Source: Phoronis australis (lineage: Eukaryota > Animalia > Phoronida). From it: a stretch of DNA of 64,000 nucleotides. Every line of letters begins with the position of its first letter. The stretch's first letter is position 1. The stretch spans positions 268,715 to 332,714 of the forward strand of contig NMRA01000481.1 in the NCBI GenBank assembly GCA_002633005.1, read 5' to 3'. The notes beneath the pieces were generated by a model, which worked only from the letters and a program-made list of their open reading frames with translations, did not search any database and had not been told where the DNA came from. A program made the translations under genes and the position numbers. Positions 41,301 through 53,300 of this stretch are shown piece after piece.

Positions 41301-44300
41301 GAGCCACCTGTGGGAATGCTCCTACAACAACGGGCAGGGTAAGGCAGTACTGATGGTTAATACTACCTAATACTGACCACTAATTGTAGCTGCCTCTTCT
41401 GCTCTTGTGGTGCCCTCTGTGGTCCTCAACTTTCATGCTTTGCCCCTCAGTATACTTTTTACCTTTTGCCACCTTTTGTCTATCAAAAACATGTCCAAAT
41501 GACGATTGCCCCGGAAAGGCAGAACTATAAGTCGATCAGTTTTTTGGACTATTTAAAAGTTGAAGCAGTAACTTATTTCATTCTCTTTTTCAGAAATGTG
41601 CTAAAACAACTTTCAAGTCCTTTGTTTTTTCCTTATAATGTAACACTGTTGTTTAATGTGAAAATAGACCACTCCTTGTTTAATTACGAAATGTTACTTA
41701 AATGTCCAACAAGGGCCTCTTTTGTGACGTAAGAGCACATTAATTACTTGCTCTATCCGTTCTCATAGTTTTGGCTGCGAGCAGCAGTTGCAAGGATCGA
41801 GTCCTCGGTAGCTCAGTGGTGAGAGCACTACACCGACAATCTAGAGACCCGTGGCTCGATTTCCAGTTAGAGTTCCTGATTTTTCTCCGTTTATTTGACA
41901 TATTTTGTTGGACAATATGGCTGGTTGAACTATGGCAAAATTCTCCAGTTCTGAACGAGTATTTTGTTCAAGGCCGGGGCTTGTACCAAATTTTAGAAAT
42001 GTTTTTACAAACACACTTGCGCAGATCGGCTGTTCCATGTTAGATGCTCCGTGACAATTGTCTCCCCTGTAAGTGTGACTATAATAACGATTTCTTGTTA
42101 TACAACAGTGAGTGGGATGACTGACGCGGGTCATTATTGAGGAGTTAGAGACGTTGGTTTGCCTCTTGCCATCACAGAATTCTTCTTATTGGCACCGCGA
42201 ACACATCATTCATTTATTCATCTCTGAAATCTCTAGGTACCCTTCCAAAGTAACAGAGCTGGGTATAGTGTTCATGCTGCGACCAATTATTTAGTTTCTG
42301 TGTTGCATTGCAGATACCATGTCGAAAAGGCCCATTGTGGAGGGGGAGATAACTACCATCGATATCCAGCGAGGTTGTTATGACCTTGGCATTAGTATTG
42401 TTGGGGGCTGTGACACACCATTGGTAAGTAGCGTCCGCTGTATTTTGGGATTAATTGCACTTTTTTAAAGTTACGGAGAATATAAATGTACTATAGTTGG
42501 AGTTACGCCCAGAAAGTGATAGAAAGCATTAGGTGTGGGCATTAATTATGCCATTTTTCATACATTAGAAGTAATACGACATTGAGGACTGCTGCGAATA
42601 CTAAAAATTGTACAAATTAAAGCGGCAAACCTGCGTTGCATACAGCAAACGAACTCTATTTTAAGACCTCCAGTTGACACTGTGAAAACTGTCTCTACAT
42701 GAGGTAAGTAATTTTTGGGTTCGTAAAAAGAACTAACAGTTCATAATCTGTTGAGACCATGCTCGGCGTTTAAAATGATACGCTTTGACAAACTGGTTGT
42801 TATTACCTGATCACCAACAATAACACACTTCTAATCACATCTTTGAAGCCGTTAAAGCACAATTTCAAGTACATTTCATAACGGTATAAGGTCGAAATCA
42901 AAAGTTAGTTTTTATGATAAAAGTTGGGTTTATAACCAATAATAAAGTTGTATTGAATTTACTGTAATTTTCATTTGTGTCGCACAAAAATAATTGCCAA
43001 AATGGACGTTGTTCCGTTCTTCAAGGGCTGATTACTGCATTGGAAATAACGAGTGTTACAGGAAATGTCGTTTTGTAACTTTTACACACTACAACTCGTG
43101 CTTGTAACAGACAAAAGCGTTCTTAATCTTTAGTTTTGTGGAGAAATTTTAACAAAATAGGATTTTACTTGTCAGCCATATTTGTGTTGAATATGTGAGG
43201 AATTGCCATGACTTGCATTGTGTGCTCATATTTTCTTTTAAAGATCTATTGCATGCTCCTAACTATGCTCATTTATAGCAGGAACTAAACGACAATGCTA
43301 TTTGAACATGGTCTACGCTAAACGAAGTGCAATGGTATTCATTGATAACTTCTTAAATGTGAAAACAAAAAATTCTGCAAATTGGTAACCTTTGTGCTAA
43401 TGACGTATCTTGGAGGCTCACATAGCCCGCATCATTCAGTGTTATTCCCCAACACCATGTCACAATACTTACTGGACGTGGTTGAGTGATTATGGCCTAT
43501 CATTTTGGACACAAAACTCGATCTTAAAAACATTTTGCAATTCTCAACGTACTTCATATTCAAATTGTCGCTGTATCTTGTGTTTCTATCTAATTCGTCC
43601 TAGCAATCACAGAGATAAGGAATTAGCGTGCAAGTTCCACTTTAATTGAGCAAAAAGTCGGTTTACCGGGTGCCTCACTTTTCCTCATGGAAGAAATTAA
43701 TTGTGATCCTCTCATCCGTGAGAAAGTTTTCACTTCAGTGAATTATTAGTCTTAACTACCATACCTTACACTTAGTTAGCCCTGGTAAGACCGGTGGAAC
43801 ATAAATAAAAAGTCATTAGTCCAGTTTTCTTTGATGCAAGTGTAATCTAGGTTTTAATAACGTTTTTTCTAGTCTTGTCTTTTCTTTCTGAAATTCACTC
43901 GTGTGCAGTGAGGTGTGAGAATTCGTTAATGAGAATTCCACCCATGGTGTGTCCAATTTGCAGAAATGTTGCTCTGTTAACTGCAACTATGGCTTGTTTA
44001 TTCAGTATTAACCTAATTTTACTGTTAACTCCAAGCTTATTTTCAAAAGACCTTCCCGGCAATTCTCATTGTTTCTCCTTCCTCAAAGATGAACGTGTCA
44101 TTTTCCAGTCAACAGCTGGAAGTGAATGTGTGTTTTAAGTGCATTTTCTACAAAAACGCCCCGTGCAATTTAACTAAAGCAGATTACATGTCACTCCTTG
44201 CTGATGGGCTACTTTGTAAATCAAGCAAAGGACTTGTCAGTGTGAATGGTCTATTATTTCTAATCGCAACCATCGAGTAATAATCGTTAGACGATGATAA

Positions 44301-47300
44301 AGAATTTTATTCACGTAATTGGTTGTCTTTTCAGCCACATTAGTTTACTGAGTGTTGTCAAATAGGCCTACATGTAACCAGATATGTGATAACATACGCT
44401 TTAAGTTATTGTTGCTTTCTGGAGGCACAGAACTCCTCAAACTTTAACCAAGGTCAATCAATATCACCTGTGCTCCCTAGTCTGGATGGAGCACAATCGT
44501 GGAAATCTAGAAGTGTAGACTTGTTTTCAGAATGTTGATCATTTCTGTTGACTGAAGAAAAATCAAAACATGGCAACAATCGCCACGGATACACTGACTT
44601 GTCTCCACGAAATGAACCTTCTTGCTGTGCCCCTCTAGCTAATATGTTAAAGCAAACAATAATAGTCACTTATAATGGTTCCTCATTTTGAGAACCAGTT
44701 TCCTCTAGTGAGTAATGGGCATCAGACTGGTTCTAGATATACGGTATACCTGCAAGTGACTATTGCCTAGTGAACAGTAAATGTACCGATGCGCGATACT
44801 TGAGCTGCCGAGCAATACAGCTTATAAAACTGAAGTTCCCGCAGTGACGAGATAAGACGTCCGGGGATTTACTGTCGTGACAGCTGTGTGCAAGTGGAAT
44901 TCAGAATTGGAGTAGTTGAGATGACAGGTCATTGTCTGTCATGGTGTATTAATACCTGCTGTGACGTGGAACTGGAAAAATCTGATTAGTTTTAGTGTGT
45001 ATTGTATTTGATTCAATATCGGCTTCACCGCTGTTACACAGTAATAACACAGAAAAAAATCGTTGCATTTTCTACAAATTTGAATCAAGTTTTTGAAATG
45101 AATGAGATCACCTGGACACAAAAAGGAATGATATAAACAATATAGAAAACGCTAATGTATGAAATTTTCATTTAAATCAGTGTGTAAAATCTACACGCTT
45201 CATGGTGGGTTTCACTGTCCCGCGATGGGAGATCCTCCTGATCTAAACAATCTTTACCATGTCGCACAACGACGTTGTTCCCAAGCTACACTGTGGTTGG
45301 TACTTATGGCCTGTTTTCCTGCCATTCCAGATGGGTGTAATGATACAGGAGGTCTTCCCATACAGTGTCGTGGAGAAGGACGACAGGTTACTGCCTGGTG
45401 ACCAGATACTAGAGGTACGGTACTTGTGGTCCCAGGGTCTAATCTCCGAACTAAGACTTAAAGTTTTAAGTTAACTCGAAGAGTGCAATCGGTCAATTAC
45501 CGAGTCGAGTTTTGAGTACAGGGATTAGACCTTGACCCCTGGTCAACACGGTTTTATTGTTATTTTCTTGGCCGAGTTCTGTTGTGAGCTTTCGTATGAT
45601 TGTAACTATGGTGACGGTCATGGTTCTCTGCCTGGTATGATATGATGAGTGTTGCGAGAGTGTTGTACGTGAAACCCTGTAACCAATCATTGAACTGATG
45701 CCAAAAGGAAAAAAACTTTTATTAAAGACACTGCCAATCTCTCAAAAGTTTAAAGTTGTAGCATTAGACTTTCAAACTCGATATAAGTAGGCCCAAAGGC
45801 AAACTGGTGGAGGCGGAATTAAAGTCGTTGTTGCAACGAGTCAAAACAGATTGCGGAGAACGCTGTGCATGCGTGTGTGTATGTGTGTGTGCGTGCGTGC
45901 GTGCGTGTGTGCGAGTGTGTGTGTGTGGTAATCATATTTATGGAACATTCTATTTTAAGGTAACTGTGAACCTCGTTCATCAGATTGTACATGTGTGCAA
46001 ATATCTTAAATTCTGTTTGCTCTAACCCCTACAAAGTATACATTTTCTGAAAGGTGGATAAATTTCCTAATGGAATTTATTGTTCTTATTTACTTGTCTT
46101 TATTTTTTCATGAGATAGGCAAAAATTGAACAATCATATTGGTCTGAGATATCAGTTCCCTCGAAAATGCCGTTATCAACATGTTGACAAAAGACCAATA
46201 TGATTGGAAGGACAATATTGTTAAAGTCTCTGTCCATAGTAAAAAAATACCATAAAATGCATGTTTTGTTCAAAAATAAAGACAAGTAAATAAGAATAAT
46301 AATTTTTGTTAGGAAATTTATTCACCTTTAAGAAAGTGTATACTTCATAGGGGTTAGAGCTAACAGAATTTAAGATATTTGCACATAAGTACAACCTTGT
46401 AAACACGGTTCACAGTTACCATAAGAGGTAATAAACACTTGATAGTTACACTGCAATCTGTAGTCCTTTATATTTCAATTACCATCCTACGAAAAATCTC
46501 TTGAGATTTGGCTCTAATCTATTCAACAATATTTGGACAATTGGAATGTAATAGGCTGCAGGTAGATGTGATGGGTCAATGGTCGATTTTATTAAAAAAT
46601 AATTGGTAATGACCAAAAGTCAAGCGCTCGAGTAGGAGTTTGTCCGAACGTATTAATCGAGTACGGAAATTTATGTATATGGATGGACATTATGGGAGAT
46701 AGTTTTACTGCTGTTCTCGCATTATAAGTTGCTTGCTTGAAAGTCAATAAAATGATAATTATTTCATATTTTTATAGTGTTAAATTATCAATACATATTA
46801 TGCTTATTCCTAAGGTTGCTGGTGATTTTCATGACCGCGGGCACTCATGAAAACAAAACTTGGAAAATGGGGTTGATTTCTCTCTCTGTAATTTCCACGT
46901 GATCCACCATGAACAAATTCGCTCTTGGCTCAGACTTATCTCCCAAGCATGAACAAAATAATTCTCAGCTAAAGCCGTGTTTGTGTAAGATACATTAGCA
47001 TGGTAGTTTAAAAAGTTATATATGCTTTTCATTGTTTTCTAATTTCTTCAGTTTTGTGTATTCTACACACATATAGTCTGCATACTTGATCTTTGTGCAA
47101 TGACAGGTTTCAGTAGTTCACGTGAAATCCAATTATAAATTGTTGCATGGATAATTTATTGCTTCTTAGTGCCCTATCTTAACTTGGATGTTGCAAAGCA
47201 TTTGAATGTGTTGAGGGCTCTCACGGAAAGCAGTGCTGAGGATTGACGTTATCCTAGAGAGATTTTTTAAAAAAGATGTATGGACCGCCTTCTATGGGTT

Positions 47301-50300
47301 CTGTTACCAGAGCCCCTCAAGTCTTGATCCTAGATCTGGGCCTGCCCCTGCGTTAGATATTGAGCGATTCCTGGACATGCCAGGGACAAATTTAAAGCGC
47401 CTTCTACATCTTTCATGCATTGCCAGAATCCCCGTTCTAGTCTTGATCCTAGAGCTGAGTTTGTCCCTCGAATGTTAACTCCTTCTTACATCTTCTAGGT
47501 AAATGGTGAGGATCTTAGTCATGCCACCCATGAAGAGGCAAAGAATGCCTTGATGCAGATCTACCCCATCTGTAGATTGACCGTGTACAGGGAACACGCT
47601 GAGGAGAGTAGACCTATAGAGAAAGAGGGTACGCATTAGTGTTAAAGGAGTGTTGTGGGAACCTGAGTGGGTGGTCTGCAGACTGATTCTACAGGCAGAG
47701 TAGACCTATAGAGAAAGAGGGTATGCATTAGTGTTAGTGGAGGTGTTATGTGAGACCTAGAGAAAGATCATGATACTATTATGATATAGGGCTCTGTACA
47801 TTTACTTTTGAACTTTAAAGATACAATCCTATGGGTACTGAATGCTAGATAGCCCCAGGAATACAAATTATACTTAATAGATTTTGTATTGTTTTAAAAG
47901 TGTTTTATTTTTGTTTCAGAAATTTTAAAAATATGCATCAATAAAAAGCCAGGGAAACTGCTCGGAATCAAACTTGTGGGTAAAAAGTAAGTCACTATCA
48001 CTTGTCGGTCATATTGACTTTTTGCAAGATAAGATGTAAGGTTGCCCTACTTCTGTCCATGTCATGGTGCAAAGCTGTTGCTGCCCTACTGGCGTCCGTC
48101 TGTGGTTTGTAAAACCTGCAGGTCTTGCTAGTCAAAGGTTATGGAATAGGATGGCGGCGTGTTCACCTTACATCCGCGTGTTAATGGAAACCTCCAGGTG
48201 GGGTATTTGAGGTGTTTTAGAAGCTGATTGCATTGACATGGAATGGTTGATGAAATGCGTGATTCAATATTTCATCGTCAGTGTGACCAATCACTTCAGT
48301 GACTGCCATGTTGCTGTGATACGCTAATAAGCTCCCAAGGACGCCCGCAAAATGCTCCCCTTTCACTCATGTGATTTTGCATGATCTTTGTGATTTTGCT
48401 TTTAGGCGAGTTTTGTTCGGCTGTTGAATGCATTCCAAGTTAGAACGCTAAAAATGGTGTTGTGTGCGTCATGATACCAACAAATTTTCTACATTTCATT
48501 GATGCCATCAGCTGTTCAGGGGACTAGAACACAGTTATGAGGACTTTCCCCAAGTCAAAATTCTGGGCTTGAACATTTTTAGATTACCAAAAACATTGTG
48601 GAGATGAAACTCATGAATATTTGTGATACGTTTTAGTGCAAGGAGATTCCTTCTCTGTACTGCACTTCTGTGAGGAATCGTCTTATCTTTCATTACGTGT
48701 TACATTTTTCAGGTTTGGTCCAGGGCTGTATATATTAGATGTGGTGAGTAAATACATTGTTACTGTTGGGCCCTCTTGGTACATACTGGATATACGGTAG
48801 TCTATGTTGTGAACAGATTTGTTGAAACGACTTTGTGTTAGTAATGCGTGACATTTTAGCTGAATTTAACTCTAATGTTGGTGTGTTTGTTTCAATGGAG
48901 GTTGCCGATCTCTGGAACCCCGTAACTACAAGACACCATTTACTAGTTAGAGATTGGGAAACTATCGAATATTGCTGATGTAAGGTCATGTAGTCAAGTC
49001 TGAAGGTTTTCACTCCACTAGCCCAGCTCCACAATCTTTTGAGCAGACACTGGGTAGAATGAAATATCATTTGATTCGTGTTTGTGTCGCCAATTTCTTT
49101 CAGTTTACTGTACTCCAGGAGAGTTAATACAAGACTCCTTTATTCAGGTACCGGGAACGCTAGCTCATACTGATGGCCGCCTGCTGCCTAATGACCGAAT
49201 TCTGGAGATCAATGGGGTTGGCATGGAGCATGGCTCTCAGGAAAAAGGTGCTGCAGTGATTAAGGTGAGAAGTGCCACCTAGGGTTTCAGGTGGGTCTGA
49301 GAGATCCAGGTCTACATACTCAAGCAAGGCTTCTATTGGAAATTTTTATTCCTGGGGGTATATTTTGTAATTTGTATTCTACACATTTGTATGACTTGGT
49401 TCTTTTCTAAGGCACTCACAGTATGGGTTTCTAGACCATTCTTATCGAAGTGTAAACTATTTAGAATATTATTTGAGGTGCAAAGGAGTGGAAGAACTGA
49501 TCGACACTGCACGAACTCTGTGATTTTCAGTGAAATGCCGCCTGCTCAGAATGGCGCTTACGTAGACAATTTTACACACTATCCTTTAGTAAGCAGTGAA
49601 ACTGAATATCATCTAATGGACAGTGTGTGAAGTTGTCTGTGTTAGCATCACAAAGTGCAGACGACATTTCACTGAAAGTTCCATGCAAATTAGGTTGCTT
49701 GAATGTGATACAGGCAAGTTCAGTTTGGTGTGTATGCGATAGCTTGCTTGTTGGCTAGTGAGAAAAAATAAAAGTGATATTTAAGAAAAGAAAGGTCAAA
49801 GGTGCTTGTCAGTTTGAAGAGGCGGTTTCCTACAAATCTCTGCACATTGATGTGCACGCGTACTTTTCTGAGACTTCGTTCCCCAGATTCTAAGCAAAAG
49901 AAGCTGGTTGTAAAAGTATGTTATACTGTTGTGGTTTGTGGTATTCAGATCCAGTTCAGAATGTGGGTTGAAAACAAAAATAATGGAAACAAATTCATAT
50001 CCCGATTTATGTATGCTGTGTTCATTGCTGGAGTTTACTGTGCTGTCGCTGTGCATGCCTGTAGTATATATCTTGACTTTCACCGCAGGCAAGTGTTGAC
50101 AAAATACAGTTTGTCGTCTCTCGAAAGTCCCGTCCCAAGACACCAGAGGTGCTACACTCGTCTGCTCGTGACAATCCTGCCTACGAGATGTCCCTGCTGG
50201 AAGACGCCACTGAGAGGCTGTCGTCGACATGCAGTAAATGCCGGGAGAAAATGGTGCAAGTCAAAAAGGTCATTTCTTTTTTATTTTGTTAGTCATATTT

Positions 50301-53300
50301 TTCTTGTAGGATAATGATCTCATCAGCCAAGTCTCCTCTGACCTTTGACCCCGTGAAATGAATTTTAGTAACCCATCAGGGCTGAGTTGCTTAAGCCTTC
50401 AAAAGTTATCCGCTGGATAAGTTTGATTGTTGCATGACGTCCGGTGCATTGTTCAACAATAACAACGTGACGCGTGATAATGCGACGTCATTGTTGCGAT
50501 ACGGCGTATAACTTTTATGCAACTGGGCCAGGATATTATCTTGATTAAAATTCATTCTAAACTTCAGTTAACAGCGCTGGAAAGCTTCAGTTGGTGTGTG
50601 ATGTATCAACAATTCTGTTTTAAGAACTGCGTATCCTGGGTTTTGGGTATTTTGTTAATGCATTTTGAATGATAGTGTTCAGGCCAAAGGAAAACAGATA
50701 AAATGTTGTTTCCATGATATGGCTGTCAACCCTTTCTGCAGATTCTTGTCTACTTAATGCCAGCTGAAAATAACGACTGCAATCACTCATCACAATCTTT
50801 CAATGCAGCCGCACTGGTCCATTGTGTAGAGTACGCGAGCACGTTGACCTAATTCTTTTGTACAGGGCACAATGTCAACAACTTGATTATAATCGTTCAT
50901 AAGATTTTTGATGCCATGGCAACTGCTGTGAAGGTTCTACTATTGATACTTTTTGATCACTCAAAGTTGTCTGCTTTAACCCAGCATAAGGCCAATGCCT
51001 GCATACAAGTATCTCATTGTCAAGTCTTAATCACAAACAAAACCACTTATTTGCAAAATACGTTTATAGAATCGATGTTTGGCCAAAAGGAAGAGAATTG
51101 TGTATCTGAACCTTTGAGTGGGTTGTGCTGTCATCTGCATTTGTTGCACAGTGCAACTTTTAGAGATAACACAAGATTCGGCGATTGATTAGATATGAAT
51201 TATAGGTTTAGTGTTAGCCGTCTTGAGGGATAGCTTTGATGGTGGTGAATTCCTCTCAGCCGTCATACCCTAGAAACTCACTTGCGTTCAGCCATCATGG
51301 GGAGGCATTTTGTCCATTTTCTTTTGGCTTGTACTTTAGATAGTACGAACAAGCAACTTAATTTAATTTTGAAAATTGTCTATTATAATTGTTTAAAGTC
51401 TATAAAATTTTAAGTCTGATCAACACGCCAAATGTGGCCATATCATGTGACCTAATGAATATAAGTCTGAAAGGATTTCTGCTCCAACCGGGACTTGTAC
51501 CCGGAACCTTCTGCTTTAGATGACTTGTATTCATTAGGTCACGTGACGTGGCTACAGGTGACACGCTGACCAGACTTAAAAATGCGATCTACATTTCCTT
51601 TTCGTAGAATGATTTATTTTTTAAAAGAATTAACATTTTCTGAAACTAAATTTTGATTCACAAGCTTCAAGTCACTTCATGAAATTCGCACCAGAAATTT
51701 TCTCTGCAAAAGCGCCATTTGTCAAATATTTGTCCTGTTGAAAGACGAAACCATTGAATTTGTTTGCCGTCGTCTTTGCAGAGCTGTGACGAGACGCTGG
51801 GAATGAGTGTGTCTGGTGGTCTGAATAGTCAACGGGGCGACGTGCCACTGTACGTAACCAACATCACAACACATGGGTGTCTGAGTCGGACTAAACAGAT
51901 GAAGGTGAGCTTTAAACAGCTTATTATTTAAAATGACTTATTCTTATTAAAATGACATAGGCAAAAAATTGAATTTTGGACCTCAAAAGCGAGGGCCTCC
52001 TATATTATAGGGGGCCCCGCCGAAAGGAGGCTGGAGAGCAAGGCCACCTATATTAATATAGGGGCCCCGCCGAAAGGAGACCGGAGAGCGGGGCCCTCTA
52101 TATTAATATAGGTGGCCCCGCTGAAAAATGGTTGTACGATATTCATTAGGTGGTCGTTTTGAACGAAGGCTACTGACGCTTTGTATTGTCTTGAACAGGA
52201 ACAGATTGTTGTTCAAAACTGGTTGTCCAGTTAAAAAAGCTTGATGATTGAGACGGTCCATTTCTATGTATTCTATGATTCAATGTTATAAAGAAAAGAT
52301 AAATGGATTAAACACAGTAAAATTTGGTGAGTGTATACGTATTTCTTTATGGCCGCTTAAAATCATTTCTGCTCGCTGTTTTCAGAAAGGCGACATTCTG
52401 GTCTCCATTAATGGAGAGCGTCTAATGGACTGTAGCCACACGGAGGCAGTTCAGATTTTGAAAGCTGCGACTTCCGAGACGACCATTACACTCCACCTGT
52501 TGGATGGGCCTGAGACTAGCGATAGCTTTGCCAACTTTGTACCGTCATGGATGTACTGGCTTCAGCTTCCCGAGTGAGTGTTGTCATGGTAACCTGGACC
52601 ACATCATAAACAGTGCTCTCTACTCATTTATCAATTCCGACTTCAGGTTTCAGTTTAGTGAAAATTTCTTTTCACCAAATTGTCAACTCTGACAAGAAGT
52701 ACAAAGGTGGACCCAATTTCATATCCTCAAAACAGGAAGTGCCTCATTCTGTTTATACGTAACCATCAAATGTTATCCACTCTTACCTTAGAAGAATAAT
52801 AAATAGTAGAATATTAAATAAGTAATGTATAAGCAGGCCTGATCAACTAAATCAAAGATTGCGAATATCAATGGTCTGCGTAATTTCATCGTTGCTGATG
52901 CTATTGAAGTTGTACCGCTGATACAAAATGGCATCTTAAAAACAGAAGGCACAATCTTTGAGTGATGTTGTTGCTTTGTACTTGTTTGGCATCTCTTTTT
53001 GCTTCCACATTGCTTATTCATAAAACTGTCTTGTGCCTGTATCTGTTAGGGTCTGTATGCTTCAGAAGTTGACATTGTGGTAGTTCGACAAATAATGGAT
53101 CGAGACATCATCATCAAATTCTGTACGTGATTTGCTGTTACACGAACGGACTTGTCTTGTATTCATGCCGTTTCCTTTACTCAGGATGTGCCAGACGGAG
53201 AACACAATCACTATGCAGAAAGGTCTTCACCACACGCTGGGCTTCTCCATCGTGGGAGGCAGTGACAGTAGTCGAGGTCCGCAGCCGATATTTGTCAAGA

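Noticed and set aside
41800-41885. Functional tRNA gene
   Set aside because: The acceptor and T stems do not pair, so I treated it as a SINE relic.
49796-50314. 170-aa and 144-aa ORFs
   Set aside because: These are off-frame or antisense shadows overlapping LNX exon 11.
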